From a virus, in the IMG/VR virus record IMGVR_UViG_3300034071_001262: a stretch of 64,000 bases of DNA; one strand, given 5' to 3'. The position numbers were made by a program, and so were the translations under genes. The notes under the pieces are model-generated. The model worked only from the letters and a program-made list of their open reading frames with translations, was not told where the DNA came from and ran no database searches. How positions within the stretch are numbered: the first letter of the stretch is position 1; each line of letters opens with the position of its first letter. This document shows positions 40,391 to 49,466 of the stretch, one piece after another.

Positions 40391-41219
40391 TAAAAATCGC
40401 CCACTACAATTAGATCTATGCATTAAATCAATTAAAAGAAATTTTCTTGATTGTAATCAAATATTAGTTTTAGAAAAATATGATGATAATTATAGTAAGA
40501 TGCTTGATATATTAAGCAATGAACATCAAGATATAAATATTTTTCAACAAACGTCTTCTATATACCATGACTGTTTAGACCTATGTAAAAATGCCGTTAA
40601 CCAGTATATCTGTTTATTTACAGATGATGATATTGTATATAAAAATACAAACCACATAATATGTGATCAAATATTTAATCATGAAGAATTTTGTACTATA
40701 TCATTAAGACTAGGTTTGAATACAATTAAAAGAGAACACTTACATGAAGTAATTGATGATATTCCGAGAATTTGTTTTGAAACTACAGATTATTTATTAA
40801 TCCCAAAAACAGCTTATAACTATGGTTCTTATTGGAGTTATTCACATTCTTTAGATGGTCATATTTTTCGTAAAGCCGATCTAATTCAAATATTTGATGA
40901 ATTGTCTTATTTAGATAAGAAATATCACTTTAAACAATCTCCAAACGAATTAGAAACACAAATGCAAAGATATTGGGCAGTCACACCAAATATTATTGTT
41001 TGTCAAAAAAATAGCACAGTAGTTAATAGTCCAAATAATAGAATACAAAATACTCATCTATCAAATAAAGCTGGATCATATTTTAACTATAGTCCAGAAA
41101 AATTATCTACTCTATACAAGAATGGATATAGAATACAACTTAGTACATTAAATTTTGATAACATTGATTGTCCACATAAAGAAATTGATATATTGAGCGA
41201 CATAAACTATGATATATGA
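40368..41219 (+). CDS. Putative GT-A glycosyltransferase
   Basis: IIFSKNRPLQL, FTDDD, SLRLG, SLDGHIF. Confidence 0.6.
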   Translation: MITSIIFSKNRPLQLDLCIKSIKRNFLDCNQILVLEKYDDNYSKMLDILSNEHQDINIFQQTSSIYHDCLDLCKNAVNQYICLFTDDDIVYKNTNHIICDQIFNHEEFCTISLRLGLNTIKREHLHEVIDDIPRICFETTDYLLIPKTAYNYGSYWSYSHSLDGHIFRKADLIQIFDELSYLDKKYHFKQSPNELETQMQRYWAVTPNIIVCQKNSTVVNSPNNRIQNTHLSNKAGSYFNYSPEKLSTLYKNGYRIQLSTLNFDNIDCPHKEIDILSDINYDI

Positions 41220-41916
41220 TGCTATAATTTTATCACATCCAAAAGACTATAACAAGATTTCATTTTGTCTAGATTCTTTACGTAATCTAGATCCATCTCC
41301 GATGCATACATATCTGGTTACTCCAGATGCTGTTTCTATTGATGGACTAATATCAATTAGCGATAAAGAAGCAATAAACGTAGATATTGAACAAATACAT
41401 TATAAAAGACCAAACTGGATTTATCAACAGCTAATTAAGTTATATCAAGATTTTACAGCAAATAATATCTACATGTGCATAGATAGTGATGTTATTTTTA
41501 ATCGTCCAATACATTTTACTGGAAAAACATTCTTTATCAGCGATAGGGCGCAGCATCATGAACCATATTTCAATTTTATGAAATCATATTTTGGAATAAC
41601 TGAGTGGGCTAATCATACTTTTATTAATGACTTCATGATATTTGACAAACAGCTTTGTAGAATAATGCTACCAGAAATAAATAGATTTGTCGAACACTTA
41701 AATACCTATCTGTCCGATGATAGATATTTATTTTCTGAATTTGAAACATATGGTAATTTTGTGGCTCATAACTTTAGTGGGATGTATACATTTAGATTGA
41801 CAAAGACTAAAACTCTTGGTAAATATACTTCATGGGATACACAAGAATTAATAATTGCTAAAGAGCTATGTAAAACACTTCCAATAGACTTATTTACTGT
41901 ACACACTTGGACATAG
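41209..41916 (+). CDS. Putative GT-A glycosyltransferase
   Basis: WIYQQLIKL, IDSD, FSEFETYG. Confidence 0.6.
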   Translation: MIYDAIILSHPKDYNKISFCLDSLRNLDPSPMHTYLVTPDAVSIDGLISISDKEAINVDIEQIHYKRPNWIYQQLIKLYQDFTANNIYMCIDSDVIFNRPIHFTGKTFFISDRAQHHEPYFNFMKSYFGITEWANHTFINDFMIFDKQLCRIMLPEINRFVEHLNTYLSDDRYLFSEFETYGNFVAHNFSGMYTFRLTKTKTLGKYTSWDTQELIIAKELCKTLPIDLFTVHTWT

Positions 41917-41917
41917 C

Positions 41918-42763
41918 ATGAAACTCATAAATACATTCATATCAGACAAAAACGATGTTCCAGATTATGTTGCACTATCTTTAGAACAAGCTAGACATTT
42001 TAATCCAGAAATTGAGATTTATTTTATTTGTAAATATAAACAAGAATTTTTTGATAAGTTAAATATTAAGTGGGTTGATCAAGAGTCACTAGCTGAAGGG
42101 CAAACACTAAAAAGATTTAATCAAGTATGTTCATTTAGGCGTCATGGCACACCAAATACTACATATCCTAGTCCAGATTTGTTTTGGCATAGAACGGCTG
42201 AAAGAATATTCTATATATTAGAACTAATGCTAAGAGATACAATGGATGAAGTATTCCATTTTGAGAATGATGTTTTAATATACCATGATTTAAAAGATGT
42301 AGAAGTTTCTCAAAATGTAATTATTACACCAATGTCATTAACACATACAACATTTGCATTTTCATATTTTCCAACGCCAGCAAAGTTGTTTGATTTATGT
42401 TCGTATTTTATTATGTTGTTAGAACATGGGGAGCAAAATTTATTATCGTTTGGCTATGATCATATTAGTGAAATGTCACTATTAAATATGGCCCTAAGAA
42501 ACAATTTAGTTAAATGTTTTCCAATATTTCAAAATTATAATGGTTTTATATATGATCCGGGTTCTTATGGTCAGTATTTAGGTGGCACAAATAATGGTCA
42601 TGGGGCTGGTTTTGTAGATCCATCACATTATATAGGGCAAAAAATTCTACTAAATGAAATACATCCAGTATTTGATGTTAAGCCATATACGGAACATAAT
42701 CCTATTTTCAATCTACATATACATAGTAAAAATTTGGGACAATTTATATGCAAGACTACATAG
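41918..42763 (+). CDS. Putative glycosyltransferase
   Basis: FW..TAER, HFENDVL, YDPGSYGQYLGG, NLHIHSK. Confidence 0.55.
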   Translation: MKLINTFISDKNDVPDYVALSLEQARHFNPEIEIYFICKYKQEFFDKLNIKWVDQESLAEGQTLKRFNQVCSFRRHGTPNTTYPSPDLFWHRTAERIFYILELMLRDTMDEVFHFENDVLIYHDLKDVEVSQNVIITPMSLTHTTFAFSYFPTPAKLFDLCSYFIMLLEHGEQNLLSFGYDHISEMSLLNMALRNNLVKCFPIFQNYNGFIYDPGSYGQYLGGTNNGHGAGFVDPSHYIGQKILLNEIHPVFDVKPYTEHNPIFNLHIHSKNLGQFICKTT

Positions 42764-43524
42764 ATGGGAATGGTTTTAAAAAAGTCTGTGAATGTACTTG
42801 GCAAGATGCAATCCCAAATAAGGATAAAGTAATTATTTATGCTAATACGCACGAATATCAACAAGCATTGAATAGAATAGCGCAATATACAAATATAAAA
42901 TTTATATTAGTGACACATAATAGTGACCATTCTATTGAACGCACAGATATACCAATTAACTTAATTAAGTGGTACGGTACAAATGTTAACTATGTCCATG
43001 AAAAGATCTCACCTATTCCAATAGGATTAGAAAATGAGCATTGGCATCCTAATAAAAGAAACTTAATTAATAAAGCAATATATAGCAAACAAGAGAGAAA
43101 AAATAGAATTTTTGCACAATTTAATCCAGATACTTTTCCATCCGAAAGATATAATCTTTGTTACGATATTTGGATGAAAAAAATAAATGCTGATATGTAT
43201 AGATGTATAAATGGTATAGCATTTGATTCATATGTTAATAATTTATGCACATATAAATATTGCCTATGCCCACGCGGAAATGGCATAGATACGCATAGAG
43301 TATGGGAAGCTCTATATCTTGGATGTATACCAATAGTAAAAAAACATATAACACATTTTTTTAATGAAAAGCTACCAATAGTTTATATAGACGATTGGAA
43401 AGAAGTAACAGAGGATTTTTTAAAAAATATAATTGACAATTTTGATTATTCGCTATTTAAATCTAAAACATTAACAATGACATACTGGAAAGAAAGAATT
43501 TTAAATGAGGCAAATCAAGATTAA
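42748..43524 (+). CDS. Exostosin-like (GT47) protein
   Basis: THNSD, PIPIGL, YKYCLCPRGNGIDTHRVWEALYLGCIP. Confidence 0.75.
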   Translation: MQDYIDGNGFKKVCECTWQDAIPNKDKVIIYANTHEYQQALNRIAQYTNIKFILVTHNSDHSIERTDIPINLIKWYGTNVNYVHEKISPIPIGLENEHWHPNKRNLINKAIYSKQERKNRIFAQFNPDTFPSERYNLCYDIWMKKINADMYRCINGIAFDSYVNNLCTYKYCLCPRGNGIDTHRVWEALYLGCIPIVKKHITHFFNEKLPIVYIDDWKEVTEDFLKNIIDNFDYSLFKSKTLTMTYWKERILNEANQD

Positions 43525-44422
43525 TTTTTATAATATGTGGGGAGGATTTTTCCCTCATGATAATCTTATCACCAACACACTAAAATTAAAGTATGATGTT
43601 ATTGCTAACTTACAAAACGAAACTCCAGATATCGTTATATGCCAAAATACAGAAAGTGTAGCGGCTAAAAATGTTACTAGAGCATTTAGGGGTAAATCTA
43701 AAATTATTCACTGGTATGTAGAGTCACTGGATAGAATTGGAGATCCAAATTATACAGAATGTGATTTTTCTATAACATCATGCAAGTTTAACCATGACAA
43801 AAATATAAGAATACCATTATGGTCTATGTATATAGATTGGTTTAATAACCAATATCATCCCGGTAGAAATCAAGCCTATTTAGTTAGCCCCAAAAAACTA
43901 ATAACGCCAAAAGAAAAACAAACAAAAGATAAATTTTGTTCAGCTTTAACAAATAATTCTTTAGGATATCGTGCTACAGCTTATCCACAATTCATAAATT
44001 TTGCAACCTCAAAGGGTCTATTGGTAGAAAGCCGTGGCAATTTTTGTCAAACCTGCCCAAAACTGAATGGGGACGAAAAAGATAAAATAGATTTTATAAA
44101 GAATTTTAAATTTCATTTAACATATGATAATAGTGATTTACCGGGATGGATTACAGAAAAATTAATACACCCAATGTCTGAGGGGTCAATACCAATTTAT
44201 TGGGGCGGAATTGATGTAGAAGAAGAGTTTAATAAAGATGGGTTTATACATGTGAGAAGGTTTGATAATCTAGATGAAGTGCATGATCGTGTTTTTCAGA
44301 TATACAAAAATGAAGAATTATTCTACGATATACAAACACAACCATGTTTTCCAGATAATAAAATACCAGAATGTGCCACTCCAGAATTTATACTCTCTAA
44401 ATTAGAAACGATTGTAGAATGA
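43505..44422 (+). CDS. GT10 alpha-1,3/4-fucosyltransferase-like
   Basis: KFCS...N, K..FIKNFKF.LTYDNS..PGWITEKL...IPIYWG (alpha-1,3 FucT motif). Confidence 0.85.
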   Translation: MRQIKINFYNMWGGFFPHDNLITNTLKLKYDVIANLQNETPDIVICQNTESVAAKNVTRAFRGKSKIIHWYVESLDRIGDPNYTECDFSITSCKFNHDKNIRIPLWSMYIDWFNNQYHPGRNQAYLVSPKKLITPKEKQTKDKFCSALTNNSLGYRATAYPQFINFATSKGLLVESRGNFCQTCPKLNGDEKDKIDFIKNFKFHLTYDNSDLPGWITEKLIHPMSEGSIPIYWGGIDVEEEFNKDGFIHVRRFDNLDEVHDRVFQIYKNEELFYDIQTQPCFPDNKIPECATPEFILSKLETIVE

Positions 44423-45594
44423 ATAAACCAATAAAATTGTGTTCAGATATTATAGACAAATATGATATACAAAAGTTGGCGTTTTGGCTTCAAAACATGC
44501 CACAGCTAACAAAGGGCGAACAAACAATTAAGTTTGAAAAAGAATTTTCTGAATTTATTGGATGTGAACATTCTATCTATTGTAATTCTGGTTCTTCTGC
44601 GAATCTATTAATAGTTTCTGGTTTACTCCAATCTGGAATGTTAAAAAATGACAAAATAATAGTTCCACAAATTTCATGGTCTACAACAGTTTTTCCAGCA
44701 ATGCAGCTTGGATTGATTCCAATACTGTGTGACTGTGATATGCATAACCTTGGCATTGACATAGAAGATCTAGAAAGAATTATTAAAGAAGAAAATCCAG
44801 CAGCAATTATGCTAGTACATGTGCTTGGTTTAAATTCTAATATTCAAAAGATTATTGATCTATGCAACGAAAAAAATATATTAATAATTGAGGATACATG
44901 TGAAAGCCTTGGCTCTGAGGTAAATAGTAAAAAGCTTGGATCTTTTGGATTAGCTTCATCTTTCTCATTTTATTTTGGGCATCACATATCAACAATTGAA
45001 GGCGGAATGGTATGTACAAACAATAAAGACCTAGCAAATATTATAAAAATGATTAGAAGTCATGGATGGGATAGGGACTTAGACAGCAACACAAAAGCTT
45101 TCTATAGAGCATCTAATAATATACCAGAAAATTCTATATCATCATTATATACATTTTATCATATGGGATTTAATTTAAGATCAACTGATCTACAGGCGTT
45201 TATTGGAATTAACCAAATGGATAAAATATCAGACATAGTAACAAAGAGGCAGAAAAATTATTTTCAATATGTAAATTGTATTCGAAAAGACTTATGGAAG
45301 CCAATAGCCACAAAAGATCAAAATGTTATATCGAATATGGGATACCCGCTAATTGTAAAAAATAAAGATATAATGTATCAAATATTTAAAACAAATAATA
45401 TAGAATGTAGGCCACTAATATCTGGAAGCATGGGAACACAGCCAGCTTGGAAAAAAAAGTATAAAGAGTATAAGAGCAAAAATTCAAATTTGATTGATAA
45501 TTATGGTATGTACTTGCCTAATCATCAAGATTTGACCGAAAAAGATATACATAAAATATGCAATCTAATAAACGAGTACGGAAATAATGTCTGA
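44419..45594 (+). CDS. DegT/DnrJ family PLP enzyme, ColD-like GDP-4-keto-6-deoxy-D-mannose 3-dehydratase
   Basis: NSGSSAN, EDTCESLG, SFYFGHHISTIEGG (His at the usual PLP-Lys position), RSHGW, GFNLR. Confidence 0.8.
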   Translation: MNKPIKLCSDIIDKYDIQKLAFWLQNMPQLTKGEQTIKFEKEFSEFIGCEHSIYCNSGSSANLLIVSGLLQSGMLKNDKIIVPQISWSTTVFPAMQLGLIPILCDCDMHNLGIDIEDLERIIKEENPAAIMLVHVLGLNSNIQKIIDLCNEKNILIIEDTCESLGSEVNSKKLGSFGLASSFSFYFGHHISTIEGGMVCTNNKDLANIIKMIRSHGWDRDLDSNTKAFYRASNNIPENSISSLYTFYHMGFNLRSTDLQAFIGINQMDKISDIVTKRQKNYFQYVNCIRKDLWKPIATKDQNVISNMGYPLIVKNKDIMYQIFKTNNIECRPLISGSMGTQPAWKKKYKEYKSKNSNLIDNYGMYLPNHQDLTEKDIHKICNLINEYGNNV

Positions 45595-46402
45595 AATAAT
45601 TAATCTAATTGATAAAAATCCAGACTCTCATGTATACCAAAAGGCGGCAGAGATACTTTCCAAACAATTACAAGATGATTTTTCTTTTGTCTTACAGGTT
45701 TGGAGTGATGCAACGCCAAAAACAAAACATAAAAAGATATTAATACTAACATCAGACGAAACACATAAAATACCACAACAGATTAATGATCCAGATGTTG
45801 CTTATATTTTTAAACAATATATACCAATGTCAAATTATCGTGATGTTAATTCTGTAGAAAATATACCACGGATATTTGCCCTGCCATTGTGTGAGTTAAA
45901 TGGATTTACCGATTTTAGCAAAAATATACATGATAGGGAGTACGATTGGTGCTGGATGGGCCAATATGACCCATACAGAAGGACAGATTTTAAAAATGCT
46001 ATAGAGATAGCCAAGACTTTAAATGGTGTCAAATACAAGGAATTATGGTACAATGGATGGAATAATGGGGCTAAAATAGAAGACTATTGTGCGATAATGA
46101 ATAATACCAAAATAGCACTTGTTCCAACCGGATCGGCTAGTTTTGAAACATTTAGGTTTTTTGAAGCTATGATGTGTGGGTGTGTTGTTTTATCTGTTCC
46201 ACAGCCAAATGTTGACTTTTATAATACTGCCCCATTTATACCAATAAATAACTGGGTTAATGAAATATCGGATACTATTAGATCTGTTCTTAATAAAAAG
46301 AACTTAATGTCCACAATATCTATGTCTGGAAGAAAATGGCATAACTATTATTGCTCTCCCGAAGGTTTGTCTAACTATATGCTGGAGAAGATCAATGCTT
46401 AA
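45587..46402 (+). CDS. Exostosin-like (GT47) glycosyltransferase
   Basis: YDWCWMGQ, KIALVPTG..SFETFRFFEAMMCG; paralog of 26707. Confidence 0.75.
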   Translation: MSEIINLIDKNPDSHVYQKAAEILSKQLQDDFSFVLQVWSDATPKTKHKKILILTSDETHKIPQQINDPDVAYIFKQYIPMSNYRDVNSVENIPRIFALPLCELNGFTDFSKNIHDREYDWCWMGQYDPYRRTDFKNAIEIAKTLNGVKYKELWYNGWNNGAKIEDYCAIMNNTKIALVPTGSASFETFRFFEAMMCGCVVLSVPQPNVDFYNTAPFIPINNWVNEISDTIRSVLNKKNLMSTISMSGRKWHNYYCSPEGLSNYMLEKINA

Positions 46403-47078
46403 AACTCACATATTGCACTATCAAAAATTAACAGATAGAAAAAAACACATAGAGGACCAGCTTGAAAAACAAAATATACAAGACTATAGTTTTATAACAG
46501 ATTTTGACAAAGAACAACTAACAAAAGATATAATTGATAAATATTATATTAATGATAAGGCCACAACTGACAAGCACTCAAATGTAACGCTCAAACATAG
46601 CATGTCCCCATATTCTGTGTATAGGGAGCTTTCGTTAGCATCAATATCTCTATGTATTAAGCATATAAAATCATTAGAATTGTTTCTTGAAAGCGATTAC
46701 GATGAATTACTAGTTCTTGAAGATGATTGTAATTTTTATGAAAATAGTATTACATTAAATGATGTTATATCTGATGCTCCAAGCGATTGGGACATAATAT
46801 TTATAGGCGGCGCTTTTAGTCACAATATATTACCGGTTAAGCAAATATTTAATGGGTATATCTTGTCAGGGCATCCAGCAACTAATACAACATCATCACT
46901 AATATATAATAAGAAATCAGCACAAAAAACATTAGATACAATAGTGCCATTTGCTTTACCGATTGATTGGCATCTAAATCATATTTTTCATTTAAACAAT
47001 TTTAATGTTTATCACACTTATCCATATTTATGTAATCAACTCAGCAACATATCGTTTAGCGGTACGATAGAAAGGTAA
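46395..47078 (+). CDS. GT25 family glycosyltransferase
   Basis: DRK, L.IKH, LVLEDD, WDIIFIG, PIDW. Confidence 0.8.
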   Translation: MLKTHILHYQKLTDRKKHIEDQLEKQNIQDYSFITDFDKEQLTKDIIDKYYINDKATTDKHSNVTLKHSMSPYSVYRELSLASISLCIKHIKSLELFLESDYDELLVLEDDCNFYENSITLNDVISDAPSDWDIIFIGGAFSHNILPVKQIFNGYILSGHPATNTTSSLIYNKKSAQKTLDTIVPFALPIDWHLNHIFHLNNFNVYHTYPYLCNQLSNISFSGTIER

Positions 47079-47083
47079 TTATT

Positions 47084-47557
47084 ATGAACATAGCGGCTAT
47101 TGTTGACAACCTTGGGCCATCACAAAAGTCATTTTATCTCATAAAAGAATTTAATAAAACATTATCACAAAATGATTTATGTGTATCGGTTTTCTTTAAA
47201 AGAGCTTCTGTTCCAGTAATACCAGCTATGTTTTCATGCAAAAGCGTATCATTTTTGTCTGGATATCACCATACGGCAATTGCTACAACTATAGATGAAG
47301 CTAGTATTTTATTAAAATCTAATAATAATGCAAATAAATTTTTATACTTATGGAATCTAGAATGGTTAACGTATCCATCAAAATATTCCGCTATAACAAA
47401 TATATTACGTGATTCAAGATTAAAAATCATTGCCCGTAGTGAGTCACATGAGGCTATGATATACAATTTTTGCAATAAGAAAACAGTAGGAATTGTTGAC
47501 AACTGGAATGTTAGTCAGTTACTTTCTCTTACTCAACAGGATTATTCTAATGTCTGA
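47084..47557 (+). CDS. Hypothetical (GT N-domain-like) protein
   Basis: IATT, KFLYLWNLEW, IARS..H; cluster context. Confidence 0.45.
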   Translation: MNIAAIVDNLGPSQKSFYLIKEFNKTLSQNDLCVSVFFKRASVPVIPAMFSCKSVSFLSGYHHTAIATTIDEASILLKSNNNANKFLYLWNLEWLTYPSKYSAITNILRDSRLKIIARSESHEAMIYNFCNKKTVGIVDNWNVSQLLSLTQQDYSNV

Positions 47558-48332
47558 TCTAAACGAAGAATATATTGTAGAACAATACGTTATTAAAAAT
47601 AAGAGTACGTGTAGTATAGCAAAAGAATTAAATACTTATCCAAAGAAAATTGAACGTATTCTCAAAAAGAACGGACAACAATTACGAGATAAATCTGAAG
47701 CTCAATCATTAGCTCTAAAAAGCGGTAGAATAAAACATCCCACTAGAGGAAAAAAAAGAACAGAACAAGAAAAAGATAAGATTGGCATAGCAATAAGACA
47801 AAACTGGAAAGAGATGCCAAAATCCAAAAAAGATGATTTTTGTTCACAGGTTAAAAAACGATGGGATGAAATGTCGGCTATTAAAAAAAGAGAACTACAA
47901 GAGATGGCTGGACGAGCATTGCGTCAGGCATCAATTGAAGGATCTAAGGCGGAAAAAATATTGAGAATTAAATTAGAAAAACTTGGTTATGATATTATGT
48001 TGCACAAGAATAATCTCATACCGGGAGATTTTGAAATAGATTTGTTTTTGCCACAACTTCGCACTATAATAGAGATAGATGGGCCACAGCATTTTCTTCC
48101 ATTATGGGGCGAAGATAAGCTTCAAAAAATTATTAAATCTGATGAAAGAAAAAATGGTTTATTGTTAACACATGGATATTGTGTTATTAGAATAAAATAT
48201 CTTTGTAAACATATGACAAGATCTATTGGTAATAAGTTGTGCAAATTGGTATTAGATCACATATCCAGTATTGAAAATAAGTTTCCACCTAAAGGTCAAA
48301 GATTTATTGAATTGGAGATAAATAATGAGTGA
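47550..48332 (+). CDS. Free-standing homing-endonuclease-like protein (HTH, NUMOD3-like, DUF559/Vsr-like nuclease)
   Basis: STCSIAKELNT HTH; HPTRGKKRTEQEKDKI; EIDLFLP...IEIDGPQH...DERKN..L..GY.VIRI. Confidence 0.7.
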   Translation: MSDLNEEYIVEQYVIKNKSTCSIAKELNTYPKKIERILKKNGQQLRDKSEAQSLALKSGRIKHPTRGKKRTEQEKDKIGIAIRQNWKEMPKSKKDDFCSQVKKRWDEMSAIKKRELQEMAGRALRQASIEGSKAEKILRIKLEKLGYDIMLHKNNLIPGDFEIDLFLPQLRTIIEIDGPQHFLPLWGEDKLQKIIKSDERKNGLLLTHGYCVIRIKYLCKHMTRSIGNKLCKLVLDHISSIENKFPPKGQRFIELEINNE

Positions 48333-49077
48333 ACAGTTTTTTGACATAGAAGAACAAACTAATGATACATTAGAAAAAGAAAGAGATAATATACCATCTT
48401 ATGGCTCACAAGAATGGCATGACTATATTATGTCGAAGTTTGAAACTAAAGAATTAATAGATGGTAACCCAACTTGTGCCGGATTAAGAAGGGTAGCGGA
48501 AGATGTGCTTGGTAGCATTGTTATCAGTAGACCGGTGCAGATTTTTCCATCTTTAGATCCCAATGGACCGGGAAGAGCCACTGTGGTGTTTGAAGTAGTA
48601 TTTGATTGGATGAATTCTGGAAATATGAGAACATATTCTGATGTAGCTGATGTTTGGCATGGAAATACGGATGATTTATTTTGCGCCCATCCTGTGGCAA
48701 CAGCAAGCACTAGGGCTGAAGGTAGAGCATTAAGAAAAGCTTTAAAGATTAGATGTTTGTCAGCGGAAGAACTTACTAGAAAGAAAGATGTTGAATCTAT
48801 AGTAAGAGAGACAATAAATTCAAGCAAAACTATTGATGGGGAGTGGCAAGAAGAAGACTCTATTAGCAATCCCCAAATAAATTTTATTGACACTAAGTGT
48901 AAACAATTAGATATTAATGTATTGAAGTTTATTAATTCTGGATCAGAACAATATGATTCAATTAATAGTGTTAGCAAGAAAACGGGTATCCGTATGCTAT
49001 CAACATTGAATGAATATCAAAACAAGAAACGCAAAATCTCAGAAGAGATTGCGGGGTATGATCCAAACTGGAGGTAA
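48325..49077 (+). CDS. Possible Rad52/Sak-like single-strand annealing protein
   Basis: ATVVFEV...YSDVAD...VATASTRAEGRALRKAL..R..SAEEL pattern. Confidence 0.5.
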   Translation: MSEQFFDIEEQTNDTLEKERDNIPSYGSQEWHDYIMSKFETKELIDGNPTCAGLRRVAEDVLGSIVISRPVQIFPSLDPNGPGRATVVFEVVFDWMNSGNMRTYSDVADVWHGNTDDLFCAHPVATASTRAEGRALRKALKIRCLSAEELTRKKDVESIVRETINSSKTIDGEWQEEDSISNPQINFIDTKCKQLDINVLKFINSGSEQYDSINSVSKKTGIRMLSTLNEYQNKKRKISEEIAGYDPNWR

Positions 49078-49079
49078 AA

Positions 49080-49409
49080 ATGAAGATTACAAAGACCATC
49101 GGAAATCTCACAATAGATATTGAAAGAGAAACACAGAAGGAAATTTTCAAAGATTTAGCAACATTTGAAGAAGTGTTTGGCGAAAATGTTTGTGGTAAGT
49201 GTTCTTCTGAAAATTTAAGATATGTTGTTAGAGAAAACGATGGTAATGAATATTATGAATTGAGATGTATGGATTGTGGTGCCAAATTAGCTTTTGGTGT
49301 CCATAAAAAGGGTGGCGGATTGTTCCCACGAAGGAAGGACGCAGAAGGTAATTATTTACCAGATAAGGGATGGCAAAAGTGGGATGGTAAATCCAAAACC
49401 ACTAAGTGA
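49080..49409 (+). CDS. Zinc-ribbon hypothetical protein
   Basis: GGAGG RBS; CGKC...CMDC. Confidence 0.65.
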   Translation: MKITKTIGNLTIDIERETQKEIFKDLATFEEVFGENVCGKCSSENLRYVVRENDGNEYYELRCMDCGAKLAFGVHKKGGGLFPRRKDAEGNYLPDKGWQKWDGKSKTTK

Positions 49410-49447
49410 AAAAAGAAAACCCCGCCTTTTGAGCGGGGTTTTTTATT
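49409..49447. terminator. Bidirectional intrinsic terminator
   Basis: AAAACCCCGC-CTTTTGA-GCGGGGTTTT with A and T tracts, between convergent operons. Confidence 0.9.
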
Positions 49448-49466
49448 ACACAGTATATAGAGAATA

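Noticed and set aside
31972-47557. Bacterial chromosomal O-antigen locus (window being cellular DNA)
   Set aside because: Flanked by phage-type replication and tail genes, no flippase/polymerase/priming GT, no housekeeping genes, and the same k-mer bias as the rest of the window.
48423-48977. 184-aa antisense ORF, and other short opposite-strand ORFs in the track (e.g. 7303-7752, 5330-5722, 60523-60888)
   Set aside because: They lie antisense to well-supported genes and have no recognisable motifs; most likely shadow ORFs.
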